The notes: a model not told the origin generated them from the letters alone. 64,000 bases of DNA from Bacteroidales bacterium (GCA_016938685.1 JAFGUD010000262.1:51-64050); one strand, 5' to 3'. Shown: positions 1-11,168, counted from the stretch's first letter. Program-made: numbers and translations.

Positions 1-117
1 TTGAAAAGCTCCAAATTTGCTAGTTATTCTTAATCGTAAGAATTATTTGTGAATAATTCGGGTTAAAGGATTTGCTTCTGTGTGTTGCAAAATATTTTTA
101 TTAAAAATTTAATTTTT

Positions 118-125
118 TAGATTTG
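118..125 (+). promoter_or_regulatory. Bacteroidota sigma-A -7 element (TAGATTTG) upstream of fumC
   Basis: Matches the TAnnTTTG consensus and ends 25 nt before the ATG at 151. Confidence 0.55.
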
Positions 126-150
126 TAGGAAATTATTAAAAAATTTCACT

Positions 151-1551
151 ATGGATTTCAGAATTGAGCATGACACTATTGGCGAAGTAAAAGTACCTGC
201 CGATAAATATTGGGCTGCACAAACCCAACGTTCGTTAGAAAATTTTAAAATTGGTGAGCCGGCTTCTATGCCGCTTGAAATAATTAAGGCATTTGGGTAT
301 CTTAAAAAAGCTGCCGCATTAACAAATCTTCAACTTGGAGTATTAACTAAAGAAAAATGTGATCTTATTTCACAAGTTTGCGAAGAAATAATTGAAGGCA
401 AACTGAATGATCAATTTCCATTGGTTGTATGGCAAACAGGTTCGGGTACTCAATCAAACATGAATGTAAATGAGGTTGTTGCGAACAGAGCGCATGTTTT
501 AGCCGGAAATAAATTGGGCGAAGGCAAAACTTTTATTCATCCAAATGATGATGTGAACAAATCTCAATCCTCAAATGATACTTTTCCTACGGCAATGCAC
601 ATTGCAGCATACAAAATGTTAATTGATGTAACAATTCCCGGGATTGAAAAGTTGAAAAATACAATAAAATCAAAATCTGATGAGTTTATGGAGATTGTTA
701 AAATCGGTCGTACTCACTGGATGGACGCAACTCCATTAACTCTTGGACAAGAATTTTCAGGATATGTTTCTCAACTTGACCATGGTTTAAGAGCAATAAA
801 AAATACTTTGGCGCATCTTTCAGAACTTGCACTTGGTGGAACCGCAGTAGGAACCGGATTAAATACTCCAAAAGGATATTCAAAACTGGTTGCAGAAAAA
901 ATTGCAGAACTTACCGGTTTACCATTTATCACAGGAGAAAATAAATTTGAAGGGTTAGCGGCACACGATGCAATTGTTGAGTCACACGGTGCTTTGAAAA
1001 CTATAGCTGCAAGCATTATGAAAATTGCAAATGATATAAGAGTTATTGCATCAGGTCCACGTTGCGGTATTGGCGAAATAATTATTCCGGCTAACGAACC
1101 GGGTTCTTCAATTATGCCAGGAAAAGTAAATCCAACTCAGGTTGAAGCAATAACAATGGTTGCAGCTCAGGTTTTTGGTAATGATGTTGCGATAAATATT
1201 GGTGGTATGAATGGTCATTTTGAATTGAATGTTTTTAAACCAATGATGATTTATAATTTCTTAAATTCTGCTCGTTTATTAGGTGATGCGTGTGTTTCTT
1301 TCAATGATAATTTGGCAATAGGAATAGAACCAAACAAAGAAAGAATTACTCACTTTTTGAACGATTCTTTGATGCTTGTAACAGCTTTGAACACCCATAT
1401 TGGTTACGAAAATGCTGCAAAAATTGCAAAAAAAGCCTACAAAGAAAATACAACATTGAAAAAAGCTGCTATTGAGCTAGGATTTCTTACCTCTGAACAA
1501 TTTGACGAATGGGTAAGACCTGAAAAAATGATTGGAAGTTTAGAAAAATAG
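151..1551 (+). CDS. fumC: Class II fumarate hydratase
   Basis: Fumarate lyase signature [15 protein letters not shown], plus [26 protein letters not shown] and KIGRTH; 466 aa. Confidence 0.98.
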   Translation: MDFRIEHDTIGEVKVPADKYWAAQTQRSLENFKIGEPASMPLEIIKAFGYLKKAAALTNLQLGVLTKEKCDLISQVCEEIIEGKLNDQFPLVVWQTGSGTQSNMNVNEVVANRAHVLAGNKLGEGKTFIHPNDDVNKSQSSNDTFPTAMHIAAYKMLIDVTIPGIEKLKNTIKSKSDEFMEIVKIGRTHWMDATPLTLGQEFSGYVSQLDHGLRAIKNTLAHLSELALGGTAVGTGLNTPKGYSKLVAEKIAELTGLPFITGENKFEGLAAHDAIVESHGALKTIAASIMKIANDIRVIASGPRCGIGEIIIPANEPGSSIMPGKVNPTQVEAITMVAAQVFGNDVAINIGGMNGHFELNVFKPMMIYNFLNSARLLGDACVSFNDNLAIGIEPNKERITHFLNDSLMLVTALNTHIGYENAAKIAKKAYKENTTLKKAAIELGFLTSEQFDEWVRPEKMIGSLEK

Positions 1552-1572
1552 TTTCATTTTTTATTAAAATTT

Positions 1573-1609
1573 AAACACCTTAAATACAATTAAGGTGTTT
1601 TTTTATTTT
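1573..1609 (+). terminator. Intrinsic terminator after fumC
   Basis: AAACACCTTAA / TTAAGGTGTTT stem with a 6-nt loop, followed by a T tract. Confidence 0.8.
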
Positions 1610-1742
1610 GCTGATAATCAGAATTTTAGCGTTTGAGGAGAATAAAATATTTTAAAAAAAAATTATTTTTGATTAGTTTTTTTTACATTTGAACCGATAT
1701 TTGTTTTTTTTTAATGAATTGTAACAATTAAAATCATTTTTA

Positions 1743-3776
1743 GTGAAGTTATTTAAAGAAATAAAGTTAAAGAATTTATTTATTTACACATTCTTGATCT
1801 TTTCTTTGTTTTTTGCTGTAATTATTGTTTTTTCAATGATTTACGAAGTGAAAAACAGGCAGATTTTTGACACTCAAACTGAATTTTTTAAAATTAATAA
1901 AAACTTAAATAGCATAAAAAATAATCAGAATGATTTATTCCTACATAAAAGAAATCAATATGTTATAGAATCCGAAGAATTATTTAAATTAAACTCTGAA
2001 ATTAACAGACTTGATGGTTTAATAGATAGTATTATTACTTTGAAAATAATTAAAAAGAATAATTTCACTTCTTCTCTTGCCGAATTCAAATCTGATTTAG
2101 AAAAATATCAGTCACAATGTGATAATATACTGAAAATTAACGAACAACTTTACTCTCCAAATGTAGGAGTAGTTTCTCAACTGGAAATTATTTCTACAAA
2201 ATTAAAAAAGGAAAATAAATATCAAGAGTTAGATTTGATTAAATACCTGAGTGATATTGAATTATATCGAAAACAGCTAATTGAAGGGAGAATTACAAAA
2301 AGAGAATTTGAGAAAAAAGCAACTTTATTGTTCGAGAAAATTGCTTCTACGCAAACTTCTGATTATGAAAAATATTATGTCCTTCTCTTTGAAGATAATA
2401 TAACAAATTATTATAATAATACACAACTAGAATATTCTAAAAGAAAAGAAGTTGGAGATTCATATAATGAAGGTCTATTATTGTTTTTGGATAAACAATA
2501 TAATTTATTGCTAGATAGAATAACAATTATTGAAAATCAAGTAATTGAAATTAGAGGCGATTATTTTAGGAGAAGTTTTATACAGTACATTGTTGTTATA
2601 CTCTTAATAATTGTATTGAACGTTGTGTTGTTTAATTTTCTGTATAGAATATTGTATAAGCCATGGTTCAATTTACAACCGGTATTTGAAGATTTATCAA
2701 TTGGTAAAATTCCTGAAATTGATATTTTAACTACCTTATCAGAATTTAAGATTATTACAACTTCTCTCGATAAATTTGTTGATAATATAAAATCTAAAAA
2801 TAGTTTTATTTTAGAATTATCAAAAAGAAACTATACCGCTGATTTTGTATCAAAAACAGATGATGAATTAGGTGTTTCTTTGTCTAAATTACAAAGCGAA
2901 CTAATTAAAGCAGAAAAAGAATCGGTTCAATACCAAGAAACCGAACAAAATCAAAAATGGACAGCTACTGGAATTGCTAAAATCGGTGCTGTTATGCGTC
3001 AGAACACAGAAGATATTGACGGTTTATCTAAAAATGTTTTGAAGGAAATTATTCAATATGTTGATGCTGTGCAGGGAGCTCTTTATTTATACAATGAAAA
3101 ATTAAAACAGCTTGAGCTTAATTCTTCGTTTTCTTATGGTAAACAAAGGACAAAAAACCATACAATACAGCCGTATGAAGGACTATTAGGTACGATTATT
3201 GTAGAAAAAAGAGATTATTATTATAAAGAAATACCTGAAAATTATTTATTTCTAGAAACCGGACTTGGTTATTCAAAACCCAAAAGTTTATTTGCCTTTC
3301 CTTTATTATTTGAAAATAAAATATATGGTGTTATTGAACTTGCATCAATGAGTGAGTTTAAAGAGTATGAAAGAAATTTTTTGAAAAATCTTGGAGTTGA
3401 AATAGCAATTACAATTTCGTATACTGAAATAAATGTTCAAACAAAAACCCTTCTAGAGCAATCTAAAAAACAAGCAATCGAATTACAATCAAATGAAAAA
3501 CTCTTTAAGAAAAATCAGGATAATTTAAAAAGTTTGCTCAGAATGACAGAGCAAAGATTGAGAGATAGAGAAGAAACCCTAAAGATTAAAGAACAAATAG
3601 TTATGCAGAAAGTTCAGGAATTGCTTGAATTACAGAAAGAATTATCTGAAAAAGAAGAATATATTGAGAATGTCACAAACGAATATGAAAATATAAAATC
3701 TGAACTAGAAAACAAAAACACAGAATTGCGTGAACGTATAGCAGAATTGGATAAACGATTACGAGATAAAAATTAG
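1743..3776 (+). CDS. Membrane-anchored GAF domain sensor protein with a C-terminal coiled coil
   Basis: Two TM segments flank a large periplasmic region, then a HAMP-like linker (DELGVSLSKLQSEL), a GAF region (GALYLYN...EGLLG...FPLLFENKIYGVIELAS) and an E/K/L-rich tail; GTG start. Confidence 0.75.
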   Translation: MKLFKEIKLKNLFIYTFLIFSLFFAVIIVFSMIYEVKNRQIFDTQTEFFKINKNLNSIKNNQNDLFLHKRNQYVIESEELFKLNSEINRLDGLIDSIITLKIIKKNNFTSSLAEFKSDLEKYQSQCDNILKINEQLYSPNVGVVSQLEIISTKLKKENKYQELDLIKYLSDIELYRKQLIEGRITKREFEKKATLLFEKIASTQTSDYEKYYVLLFEDNITNYYNNTQLEYSKRKEVGDSYNEGLLLFLDKQYNLLLDRITIIENQVIEIRGDYFRRSFIQYIVVILLIIVLNVVLFNFLYRILYKPWFNLQPVFEDLSIGKIPEIDILTTLSEFKIITTSLDKFVDNIKSKNSFILELSKRNYTADFVSKTDDELGVSLSKLQSELIKAEKESVQYQETEQNQKWTATGIAKIGAVMRQNTEDIDGLSKNVLKEIIQYVDAVQGALYLYNEKLKQLELNSSFSYGKQRTKNHTIQPYEGLLGTIIVEKRDYYYKEIPENYLFLETGLGYSKPKSLFAFPLLFENKIYGVIELASMSEFKEYERNFLKNLGVEIAITISYTEINVQTKTLLEQSKKQAIELQSNEKLFKKNQDNLKSLLRMTEQRLRDREETLKIKEQIVMQKVQELLELQKELSEKEEYIENVTNEYENIKSELENKNTELRERIAELDKRLRDKN

Positions 3777-3809
3777 AAAATAAAGCAATTATTTTTTATA
3801 CGGGAATTG

Positions 3810-4808
3810 TCAGTGAAGTATTTTAAAAACCATTTCCTTTAGTAATTCTCCCTCAGTCATAGAAACATTATCAACTCCCTTTGATTTTAAATCATATTCT
3901 CGAAGTATAGAAATGATAAATACCAATTTGTTGAGATTATAAGCTTTTGATGCATTTAAGTAATTATCAGCAAAATACGGGTTTACTTTTAATGCTTTAG
4001 CAACGTTCATTTTGCTTTTATCTCGTAATGAATGAACCATTAAAACTTTTGAAAAAAAGCCAAACAAAGAGCTGATAGTCAGCACAAAAGGATTATTTTT
4101 AGGATTTGCAGAAAAATGCTTCACTATTCGGTTTGCTTTAAGTGCATCTCTGCTTATTAGTGCGTTTTGAAGTTCAAAAACATTATAATCTTTGCTTATT
4201 CCGATGTTTTGTTCAATGTCAATAGGTAGTATTTTTGTTCCTGCTTTTAGACTTATTATTAGTTTGTCTAATTCATTTGCGACTTTTCCTATATCAGTTC
4301 CAAGATAGGCAACAAGCATTTTTGTAGCCACAGGATCAATTGTGAAATTTTTTTCGGCAATATATTTTGTAATCCAGTCAGGAATTTGATTCTCGTATAA
4401 CTTCTTGGATTCAAAGACAATGCCGGTTTTTTCTGCTTCTTTGTAGAATTTTTTTCTCTTGTCTAAAGTTTTGTATTTATAGTTTATTACCAGAATTGTT
4501 GATTCTAATGGTCTTTGAGCATAATGAACTAAATTGTCAAATGACTTAATGTTTTGGGCTTCTTTGATGATAACAACCATTCTGTCAGACATCATAGGAA
4601 AACGTCTTGCCGTATTGTCAATTTGAGCAACATTTATGTCTTTGCCATACATAACAATCTGGTTAAAAGCATGTTGCTCGGGAGGCAAAGCATTATGGGA
4701 GATGTAGTCAGTAATTTTGTCGATAAAATAAGATTCATCTCCCATTAAGAAGTAAATTGGTCTGTATTTGCCGGTTTTCAACTCCGACATTATTTGATTA
4801 AAAGTCAT
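3810..4808 (-). CDS. holA: DNA polymerase III subunit delta
   Basis: YRPIYFLMGDESYFID N-terminus, ARRFPMMS, NELDKL, IGISKDYNVFEL; typical Bacteroidota HolA of 332 aa. Confidence 0.93.
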   Translation of the reverse strand: MTFNQIMSELKTGKYRPIYFLMGDESYFIDKITDYISHNALPPEQHAFNQIVMYGKDINVAQIDNTARRFPMMSDRMVVIIKEAQNIKSFDNLVHYAQRPLESTILVINYKYKTLDKRKKFYKEAEKTGIVFESKKLYENQIPDWITKYIAEKNFTIDPVATKMLVAYLGTDIGKVANELDKLIISLKAGTKILPIDIEQNIGISKDYNVFELQNALISRDALKANRIVKHFSANPKNNPFVLTISSLFGFFSKVLMVHSLRDKSKMNVAKALKVNPYFADNYLNASKAYNLNKLVFIISILREYDLKSKGVDNVSMTEGELLKEMVFKILH

Positions 4809-4818
4809 TTTAATAAAT

Positions 4819-4942
4819 TAAGAACTAAGAATTAAGAACTAACAATGCACAAATAACAATTAACAATTAACAATTAACAGCGTGCAAATAACAATGCACA
4901 AATAACAATGCACTTAACTATTAACTATTAATCATTAACTAT
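4819..4942. repeat. Degenerate heptamer tandem tract
   Basis: Units TAAGAAC, TAACAAT, GCACAAA and TAACTAT in 7-bp register; overlaps the HD gene stop codon. Confidence 0.85.
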
Positions 4943-5488
4943 AAGTCTTTCCTTGAATGGTAAAAAAGTCATGAAATCAGCATGATGAACAACATACGCT
5001 TCGGTTGAGCGTTTTACCATATTTCCTTCGCCTGCATGGGCGGCAATAATATGACAAACCTCTGCCGGAACTCCACATTGTTCTGCCAATGAAACACCTG
5101 AAAAAGGATGTCTTACGTATTTGCCGTAATTTCCTTGATAAGATTTACCATTTTCATTTTTTTCATATTCCAATAATTTGCCAACATCAGCTAAAATTGC
5201 TCCTGCTATAAGAACGTCCATATCGACAGGAAGTTCATCTTTGAAAAAATCTTTCATTTTTTCTCCACTTGCTTTTGCAATATGAACAACCGATTGTTTG
5301 TGATCCATAAAACTCACTTTCAAATCGGGTCCTGCTAACAATGTAAAAGGAATAACGAATAAATCGTCAGCGTTTAATTTGCTTTTTGCTAGTGCCAATT
5401 CCCATGTGTCTGCAACTTGTTGGCGCAACTCAGTGTTTTCAATCCACATAAGTTCTGTGCCCCATATTTTTTTTACTCTTTCAGTCAT
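4928..5488 (-). CDS. HD-superfamily phosphohydrolase-like protein
   Basis: H...AGAILADVGK...RH...AAH...HHAD layout of an HD domain, but AD replaces HD. Confidence 0.75.
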   Translation of the reverse strand: MTERVKKIWGTELMWIENTELRQQVADTWELALAKSKLNADDLFVIPFTLLAGPDLKVSFMDHKQSVVHIAKASGEKMKDFFKDELPVDMDVLIAGAILADVGKLLEYEKNENGKSYQGNYGKYVRHPFSGVSLAEQCGVPAEVCHIIAAHAGEGNMVKRSTEAYVVHHADFMTFLPFKERLIVND

Positions 5489-5633
5489 AATCTTTTTTTT
5501 TACAAAAAAAACAATAATCTACAAATGTAAAAATTTTAGTTTAACATATTTCATCATTTTTTAATATTTTTGCGGTCTTTGGTTAAATGTCAATTCTTTT
5601 ATATTTATTTGCACTTTTTAAAGCTTTGGGTTA

Positions 5634-6710
5634 ATGAATTTTTTAGGTTTCAGAAATTGGTTTGATTCTTTATCAAATTGTTCGCATTTGGTAATTGCCG
5701 GTCCTTGTTCTGCTGAATCAGAAGAGCAGGTTTTGGACACAGCCAGACAAATTTCTAAAATAGAACAAGTAAAAGTTTTTCGTGCAGGAGTTTGGAAACC
5801 AAGAACAAGTCCTAATGATTTTGAGGGAGTTGGAGAAATAGCATTAAAATGGTTGAAAAAGGTAAAATCTGAAACAGGTTTACTTACATGCGTTGAAGTT
5901 GCTACCAGCAAACATGTTGAAAAATGTCTTGAAAATGATGTGGATATTTTTTGGGTTGGAGCCAGAACTGTTGCAAATCCATTTTCTGTTCAGTCAATTG
6001 CAGATGTTTTAAAGGGTGTTGACAAGCCTGTTTTAATAAAAAACCCCATAAATCCTGATTTAAAACTTTGGGTTGGGGCAATTGAAAGAATTTATAAAGC
6101 CGGAATAAATAAAATTGCTGCAATTCACAGGGGTTTTTATCCTTTTGAAGACACCAGATTTAGAAATATTCCAAAATGGGAAATTCCAATTGAACTCAAA
6201 ACTTTATTCCCAAATTTGCAAATTATTACTGATCCAAGTCATATTGCAGGGAAAATTGAACTTATAAAAGAAGTTGCTTCGCAGGCATTGTGTATGAATG
6301 TAGACGGCTTAATGATTGAAACTCATAATAATCCAAAAGTTGCTTTGAGTGATGCGTCTCAACAATTAACACCTTTGCAGTTAGATGTTTTATTAAAAGA
6401 ATTAAAATTTAGAAAAGAACAAATTATAAATAAAGAATTACTTTCGGATCTTCAAAATTGGAGATTTCAAATAGATTCTCTTGATTTTCAAATGCTTGAA
6501 TTACTTTCAAAACGAATGGAAATTGTTGAAAAAATGGGCAAATACAAAGAAGAGAGAAATATGAGTGTTTTTCAGCTGGAAAGATGGAAAGAAATTCGAG
6601 CAACAAGAATAAAAGCAGGAGAAGAATTAGGTCTTGATTCCGATTTTGTGAAAAAAATATTGCAAATAATACATAATCAATCAATAATAGCACAATCTAA
6701 AAACAAATAA
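5634..6710 (+). CDS. Bifunctional DAHP synthase (class I beta) / chorismate mutase
   Basis: IAGPCSAES, RAGVWKPRT, WVGART, HRGF, DPSHIAG; C-terminal CM_2 region RFQIDSLD...LLSKRM. Confidence 0.93.
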   Translation: MNFLGFRNWFDSLSNCSHLVIAGPCSAESEEQVLDTARQISKIEQVKVFRAGVWKPRTSPNDFEGVGEIALKWLKKVKSETGLLTCVEVATSKHVEKCLENDVDIFWVGARTVANPFSVQSIADVLKGVDKPVLIKNPINPDLKLWVGAIERIYKAGINKIAAIHRGFYPFEDTRFRNIPKWEIPIELKTLFPNLQIITDPSHIAGKIELIKEVASQALCMNVDGLMIETHNNPKVALSDASQQLTPLQLDVLLKELKFRKEQIINKELLSDLQNWRFQIDSLDFQMLELLSKRMEIVEKMGKYKEERNMSVFQLERWKEIRATRIKAGEELGLDSDFVKKILQIIHNQSIIAQSKNK

Positions 6711-6711
6711 A

Positions 6712-7749
6712 ATGAGACGTTTTTTACTTTTTTTACTACCAGCTACAATATTATTTTTAGCATTTATTGACAAAGATAAGTCTGATGAAAAGAAATCACA
6801 GATATTGGTGCTTTCTTATAATGTTGAAAATTTATTTGATACAATTGATAGTCCGTATTCGCTTGATGAAGAATTTACGTCAATGAGCTACAAAGACTGG
6901 AATACAGAACGTTATTTTAAAAAAATTAATGATTTAGCAACCGTTTTTACATTGGTAGATGATCAAAAATTGCCTGATATTATTTCACTATGTGAAGTTG
7001 AAAATCTTTCTGTTATTGAAGATTTAAAAAATAATCCACAATTAGCTGCAATGAATTATCAAATAGTACATGAAGAAACAACTGACCCACGTGGAATTGA
7101 TGTTGCTTTAATGTACAATCCTGAGGTTTTTAAGTATATATCACATGAGCAGTTACAAATATTTGAAGATGACGGTAAACTTTATAATTCACGCGAAATC
7201 TTATTTGTAAAAGGTATTGTAGGAAAAGACACTTTGTATGTATTTGTTAATCATTGGAAATCCAGATCAGGTGGAGCAGAAAAAACTGAATACAAAAGAA
7301 TTTGGTATGCAAAAGTTTTACGTGAAAAAATAGATTATATATTTAGCTATTTGCCGGATGCAAACATTATTTGTATGGGTGATTTTAACGATACACCTTT
7401 TGATAAAAGCATTAACGAATATCTTAATGCTTCATTAGATTCTGTTTTCGAAAATAAGAATGAATTGTTTAATTTGACTGCTTTTTTAGCAAAAAAAGGC
7501 AAAGGCACATATAGTTATGATACAGAATGGTTTATGTTGGATAATATAATTGTATCACAAAGCATAATGAACAAAAAAAATGGAATTTATGCAGAAAGTT
7601 GTGCAAAAGTTTTAAAGAATGATTTTTTGCAGAAATATAATTCAAAAGCAAATGACACAATACCTTTTAAAACATACGGTGGAAATACCTATTTTGGAGG
7701 AGTAAGTGATCATTTTGCTGTTTATGCTTATTTTACTGTTCGAAAGTAA
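6712..7749 (+). CDS. Secreted endonuclease/exonuclease/phosphatase family protein
   Basis: YNVENLFD, LCEVEN, DPRGIDVAL, NHWKSR, GDFND, SDH motifs; N-terminal signal peptide. Confidence 0.9.
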   Translation: MRRFLLFLLPATILFLAFIDKDKSDEKKSQILVLSYNVENLFDTIDSPYSLDEEFTSMSYKDWNTERYFKKINDLATVFTLVDDQKLPDIISLCEVENLSVIEDLKNNPQLAAMNYQIVHEETTDPRGIDVALMYNPEVFKYISHEQLQIFEDDGKLYNSREILFVKGIVGKDTLYVFVNHWKSRSGGAEKTEYKRIWYAKVLREKIDYIFSYLPDANIICMGDFNDTPFDKSINEYLNASLDSVFENKNELFNLTAFLAKKGKGTYSYDTEWFMLDNIIVSQSIMNKKNGIYAESCAKVLKNDFLQKYNSKANDTIPFKTYGGNTYFGGVSDHFAVYAYFTVRK

Positions 7750-7796
7750 CAATTTGCTTGTTTTATTTTTTTTTTAATTTAGTCCAAAATTTTTGA

Positions 7797-9563
7797 ATGC
7801 ACGCATACGATGTAATATTAGTATACGGAGTGATAATTTTTATAATTGTTTCGTTATATTTTGACCTTATGGGAGCAGGATTCACTTTTCTTTTAGGTGT
7901 GACTGTTCTAGGTGTTTTTGGGATTCTTACACCCAAAGAAATGCTTATAGGTGCTTCAAACGAGCAAATTGCAGTAATTCTTCTCTTGTTGCTTTTAGGT
8001 AATATTTACCGAAAAACAGCTCTTTTAGATTCTTTGTTTGATCGGATTTTTGTTAAAATTTCCTCTCATAAAGCCTTTACAAGTAGGGTTATGTTATTGA
8101 TAGCTCCAATGTCTGCTTTTTTGAATAATACTCCGCTGGTCGCATTGATGATGCCTTATGCTTATGATTGGTCTAAAAAGCATAATCAACCTATTTCTAA
8201 AATATTATTACCTCTTTCTTATGCCGCCATTCTGGGAGGTTGCGCAACCTTGATCGGGACTTCTACTAACTTGATTGTTAATGGAATGGTTATTGAGTCA
8301 GGAAGAGAATCTCTTGGACTGTTTGATTATACTTTGATTGGTGGAACAATGGTAGTGATTGGGTATTTGTATATGAGGTTTATTGGACATCGTTTACTGC
8401 CTTCTAATTACATTACAAGTCAGAATATTACAAAAAACACAAGAAAATATGTTGTAGAAGCTCAGATTTCAATTAATTCACCATTAGTTGGAAAAACAAT
8501 AGAAGAAGCTAAATTACGTAATCTTGATGGTTTGTTTTTATTTCAAATAATTAGAAATGATCAGGAAATAACTGCTGTGCCAAATGATACTATTTTATTG
8601 CAAAATGATATATTGTTATTTGCCGGAGAAACTAGTTCCATTGCTGACCTTTTTGAACAAAAGAAAGGTCTAACTATGCCTTCGGTAGGAATGTTTTCAA
8701 GAAAAAAAGAATTAGATATTGTGGAAATTGTTGTTGCTGATGGTTCATTACTCGTTAATAAAACTTTAAAAAGTTATAATTTTAGGTCTAAATTTGATGC
8801 AACGGTTATTGCAGTTCATCGAAATGGGGAGCAAATTCAAGGTAAATTAGGAGCTGCAAAATTAAAACCCGGGGATACTTTATTATTGTTAACTGGCGTT
8901 AGATTTGGCGAATTAGCTTCAAATTCAAAAGATTTTTATCTCATATCAAAAGTAAAGGAAATTAGAAAACTGACTCCTTTACAGTCCTGGACACTCGTAA
9001 TAGGAACGGTTTCAGCTATTTTTCTTTCTTCAATTAACGTTCTTTCTTTGTTTCTTGCCTTGATTATCCTTATTAGTATCCTTTTAATATTAAATGTCAC
9101 AAATCCTAAAGAACTAGCCAAAAGTATAGATTACGATTTAGCTTTTATAATTGCTATGGCACTTGCTTTGGGTGTTGCTATGCAGAAAACAGGTGTTGCT
9201 GAAATTTTGGGGAATGTTATGATTGAAATTTTCCGACCTTGGGGGAATGTTGGTTTGCTCTCAGGATTGTATATTATTACGGCAATTTTAGCTGCCTTTG
9301 TTACAAATAAGGCGGCTGTAGCATTAATTTTTCCAATTGCAATTAGCATTGCAGGTGATTTAGGGTATAATGCAATACCATTTATATTAACCGTTTCATT
9401 TGCTGCGGCTGCAAATTTTATGACGCCTATTGGTTATCAAACAAACACAATGGTTTATGGTCCGGGAGGTTATAAATTTAGAGATTTTATACGTGTCGGT
9501 ACACCTTTGACTATTATCTACGGAATTGTAACTATTTTCTTTTTATTAAAAATTTACTTTTAG
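7797..9563 (+). CDS. SLC13/CitMHS-like permease with two TrkA-C domains
   Basis: SAFLNNTPLV, LGGCATLIGTSTNLIV, TPIGYQTNTMVYGPGGYKFRDF; central soluble TrkA-C repeats. Confidence 0.9.
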   Translation: MHAYDVILVYGVIIFIIVSLYFDLMGAGFTFLLGVTVLGVFGILTPKEMLIGASNEQIAVILLLLLLGNIYRKTALLDSLFDRIFVKISSHKAFTSRVMLLIAPMSAFLNNTPLVALMMPYAYDWSKKHNQPISKILLPLSYAAILGGCATLIGTSTNLIVNGMVIESGRESLGLFDYTLIGGTMVVIGYLYMRFIGHRLLPSNYITSQNITKNTRKYVVEAQISINSPLVGKTIEEAKLRNLDGLFLFQIIRNDQEITAVPNDTILLQNDILLFAGETSSIADLFEQKKGLTMPSVGMFSRKKELDIVEIVVADGSLLVNKTLKSYNFRSKFDATVIAVHRNGEQIQGKLGAAKLKPGDTLLLLTGVRFGELASNSKDFYLISKVKEIRKLTPLQSWTLVIGTVSAIFLSSINVLSLFLALIILISILLILNVTNPKELAKSIDYDLAFIIAMALALGVAMQKTGVAEILGNVMIEIFRPWGNVGLLSGLYIITAILAAFVTNKAAVALIFPIAISIAGDLGYNAIPFILTVSFAAAANFMTPIGYQTNTMVYGPGGYKFRDFIRVGTPLTIIYGIVTIFFLLKIYF

Positions 9564-9696
9564 AATAAATGGATTGTAAGTTTAACGATTTTTTGTTTTT
9601 AAAAAATGGTGAATTTTGTTTTTTGATGTGAATTTTAATAAGTTTTGTTAGCTTTGCCGACTCAATAATTTAAATACTCTTGAAAAGTAAAGATAA

Positions 9697-11168
9697 GTGC
9701 CTAAGAAAAGTTTTTATACATCGTTGAATATTAGATTAGTTATTCATTTACTAGGATTGATATTTGCAATTGAGGGGCTATTTTTATTATTGCCTTTTAT
9801 TGTCAGTGTAATTTACAAAGAATCAATCAAGACTGAATTTTTTTTATCTTTTCTTATTACTTTTTTATTTGGAGGATTAGTTTATCTCATAACCAAAAAA
9901 AAAGTGAGAAAGGATTTTTCAAGAAGGGAAAGATTTTTGCTTGTTAGTTTTGCTTGGTTGCTTATTTCGTTGTTTGGAGTACTTCCATTTGTATTAACAA
10001 AACAGATGAATTTTACTGATGCGTTTTTTGAAACTGTTTCTGGTTTTACTACTACAGGAGCATCAATTTTAACAGATATTGAGAGTGTGCCAAAAAGTTT
10101 GCTTTTTTGGCGTAGCGAAACTCACTGGATAGGAGGAATGGGAATAATCGTATTGTTTGTTGCTCTTTTCCCTTTTTTGAAAACGAGCAGAATGCAACTT
10201 TTTAATGCCGAAGCATCGGTAGTTGTTGAAAGTAAGGTATTTCCAAAGTTGCTGGATATTTCCAGAAGTATTTGGTTGATTTATGTTGGTCTTACAATAA
10301 TTGAAACAGTAATGTTAATGTTTGGAGGAATGAATTTGTATGATTCCCTCTGTCATACTTTTAGTACTGTTGCAACTGGTGGGTTTTCGACAAAAAATGA
10401 TAGTATTGCAAGTTTTTCTCCTTATATACAGTATGTTATTGTTTTTTTATGATACTTGCCGGAGTGAATTTTACTTTGTATGTACTATTGTTGAAAAGAA
10501 ATTTCTCTAAATTATTCGCAAATGAAGAATTGAAGTATTATCTAGCAATTACATTTGTGGCTACGCTGTTAGTTTTTGCGGTATTATTGATTTCAAAACA
10601 ATATGTGGATGTAGAGTTAGCTTTTAGAGATTCATTATTTCAAACTGTTTCTATTTTGACTACAACCGGTTATGCAACTACAGATTACTTAACGTGGCAT
10701 CATGCGGGATTAGCAATAATTATTTTAACTATGTTTATAGGAGCTTCTTCTGGTTCCACAACCGGAAATATTAAAATAATCAGACATGTTCTGGTTGTTA
10801 AAAATCTTAGAGTATTTATTAAAAGAATGATTCACCCGGATGCAGTGTCTGTTGTTAGATATAATAAAATTATAATACCTCTGGAAACTGCAAATAACGC
10901 TCTTGTTTTTATTCTTGCATATATAGTTATAACTGTTCTGTCGGTTATAATTATTTCATTTACTGGAATTGATTTAGATACAAGTATTGGTGCTGTTGTT
11001 GCGACTATTGGATGTATTGGGCCAGGCATTGGAGATGTAGGACCAACAGGAAATTATGCCGAATTTCATACTTTTGGAAAATATTATCTTACTTTCTTAA
11101 TGTTTTTAGGCCGACTTGAAATTTTTACTGTAATAATACTTTTTACAAGAAGTTTTTGGAAAGGGTAA
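9697..11168 (+). pseudogene. trkH: TrkH potassium uptake protein split by a single-base frameshift (ORFs 9697-10452 and 10449-11168)
   Basis: SGFTTTGAS, WIGGMG, TVATGGFS, TTTGY, GSTTG and GRLE are divided over two ORFs; one extra T in the T7 run at 10442-10448 restores YVIVFFMILAGVNF. Confidence 0.85.

Noticed and set aside
1611-1621. Palindrome CTGATAATCAG
   Set aside because: Short, and only loosely similar sequences occur in other gaps; not enough to call a site.
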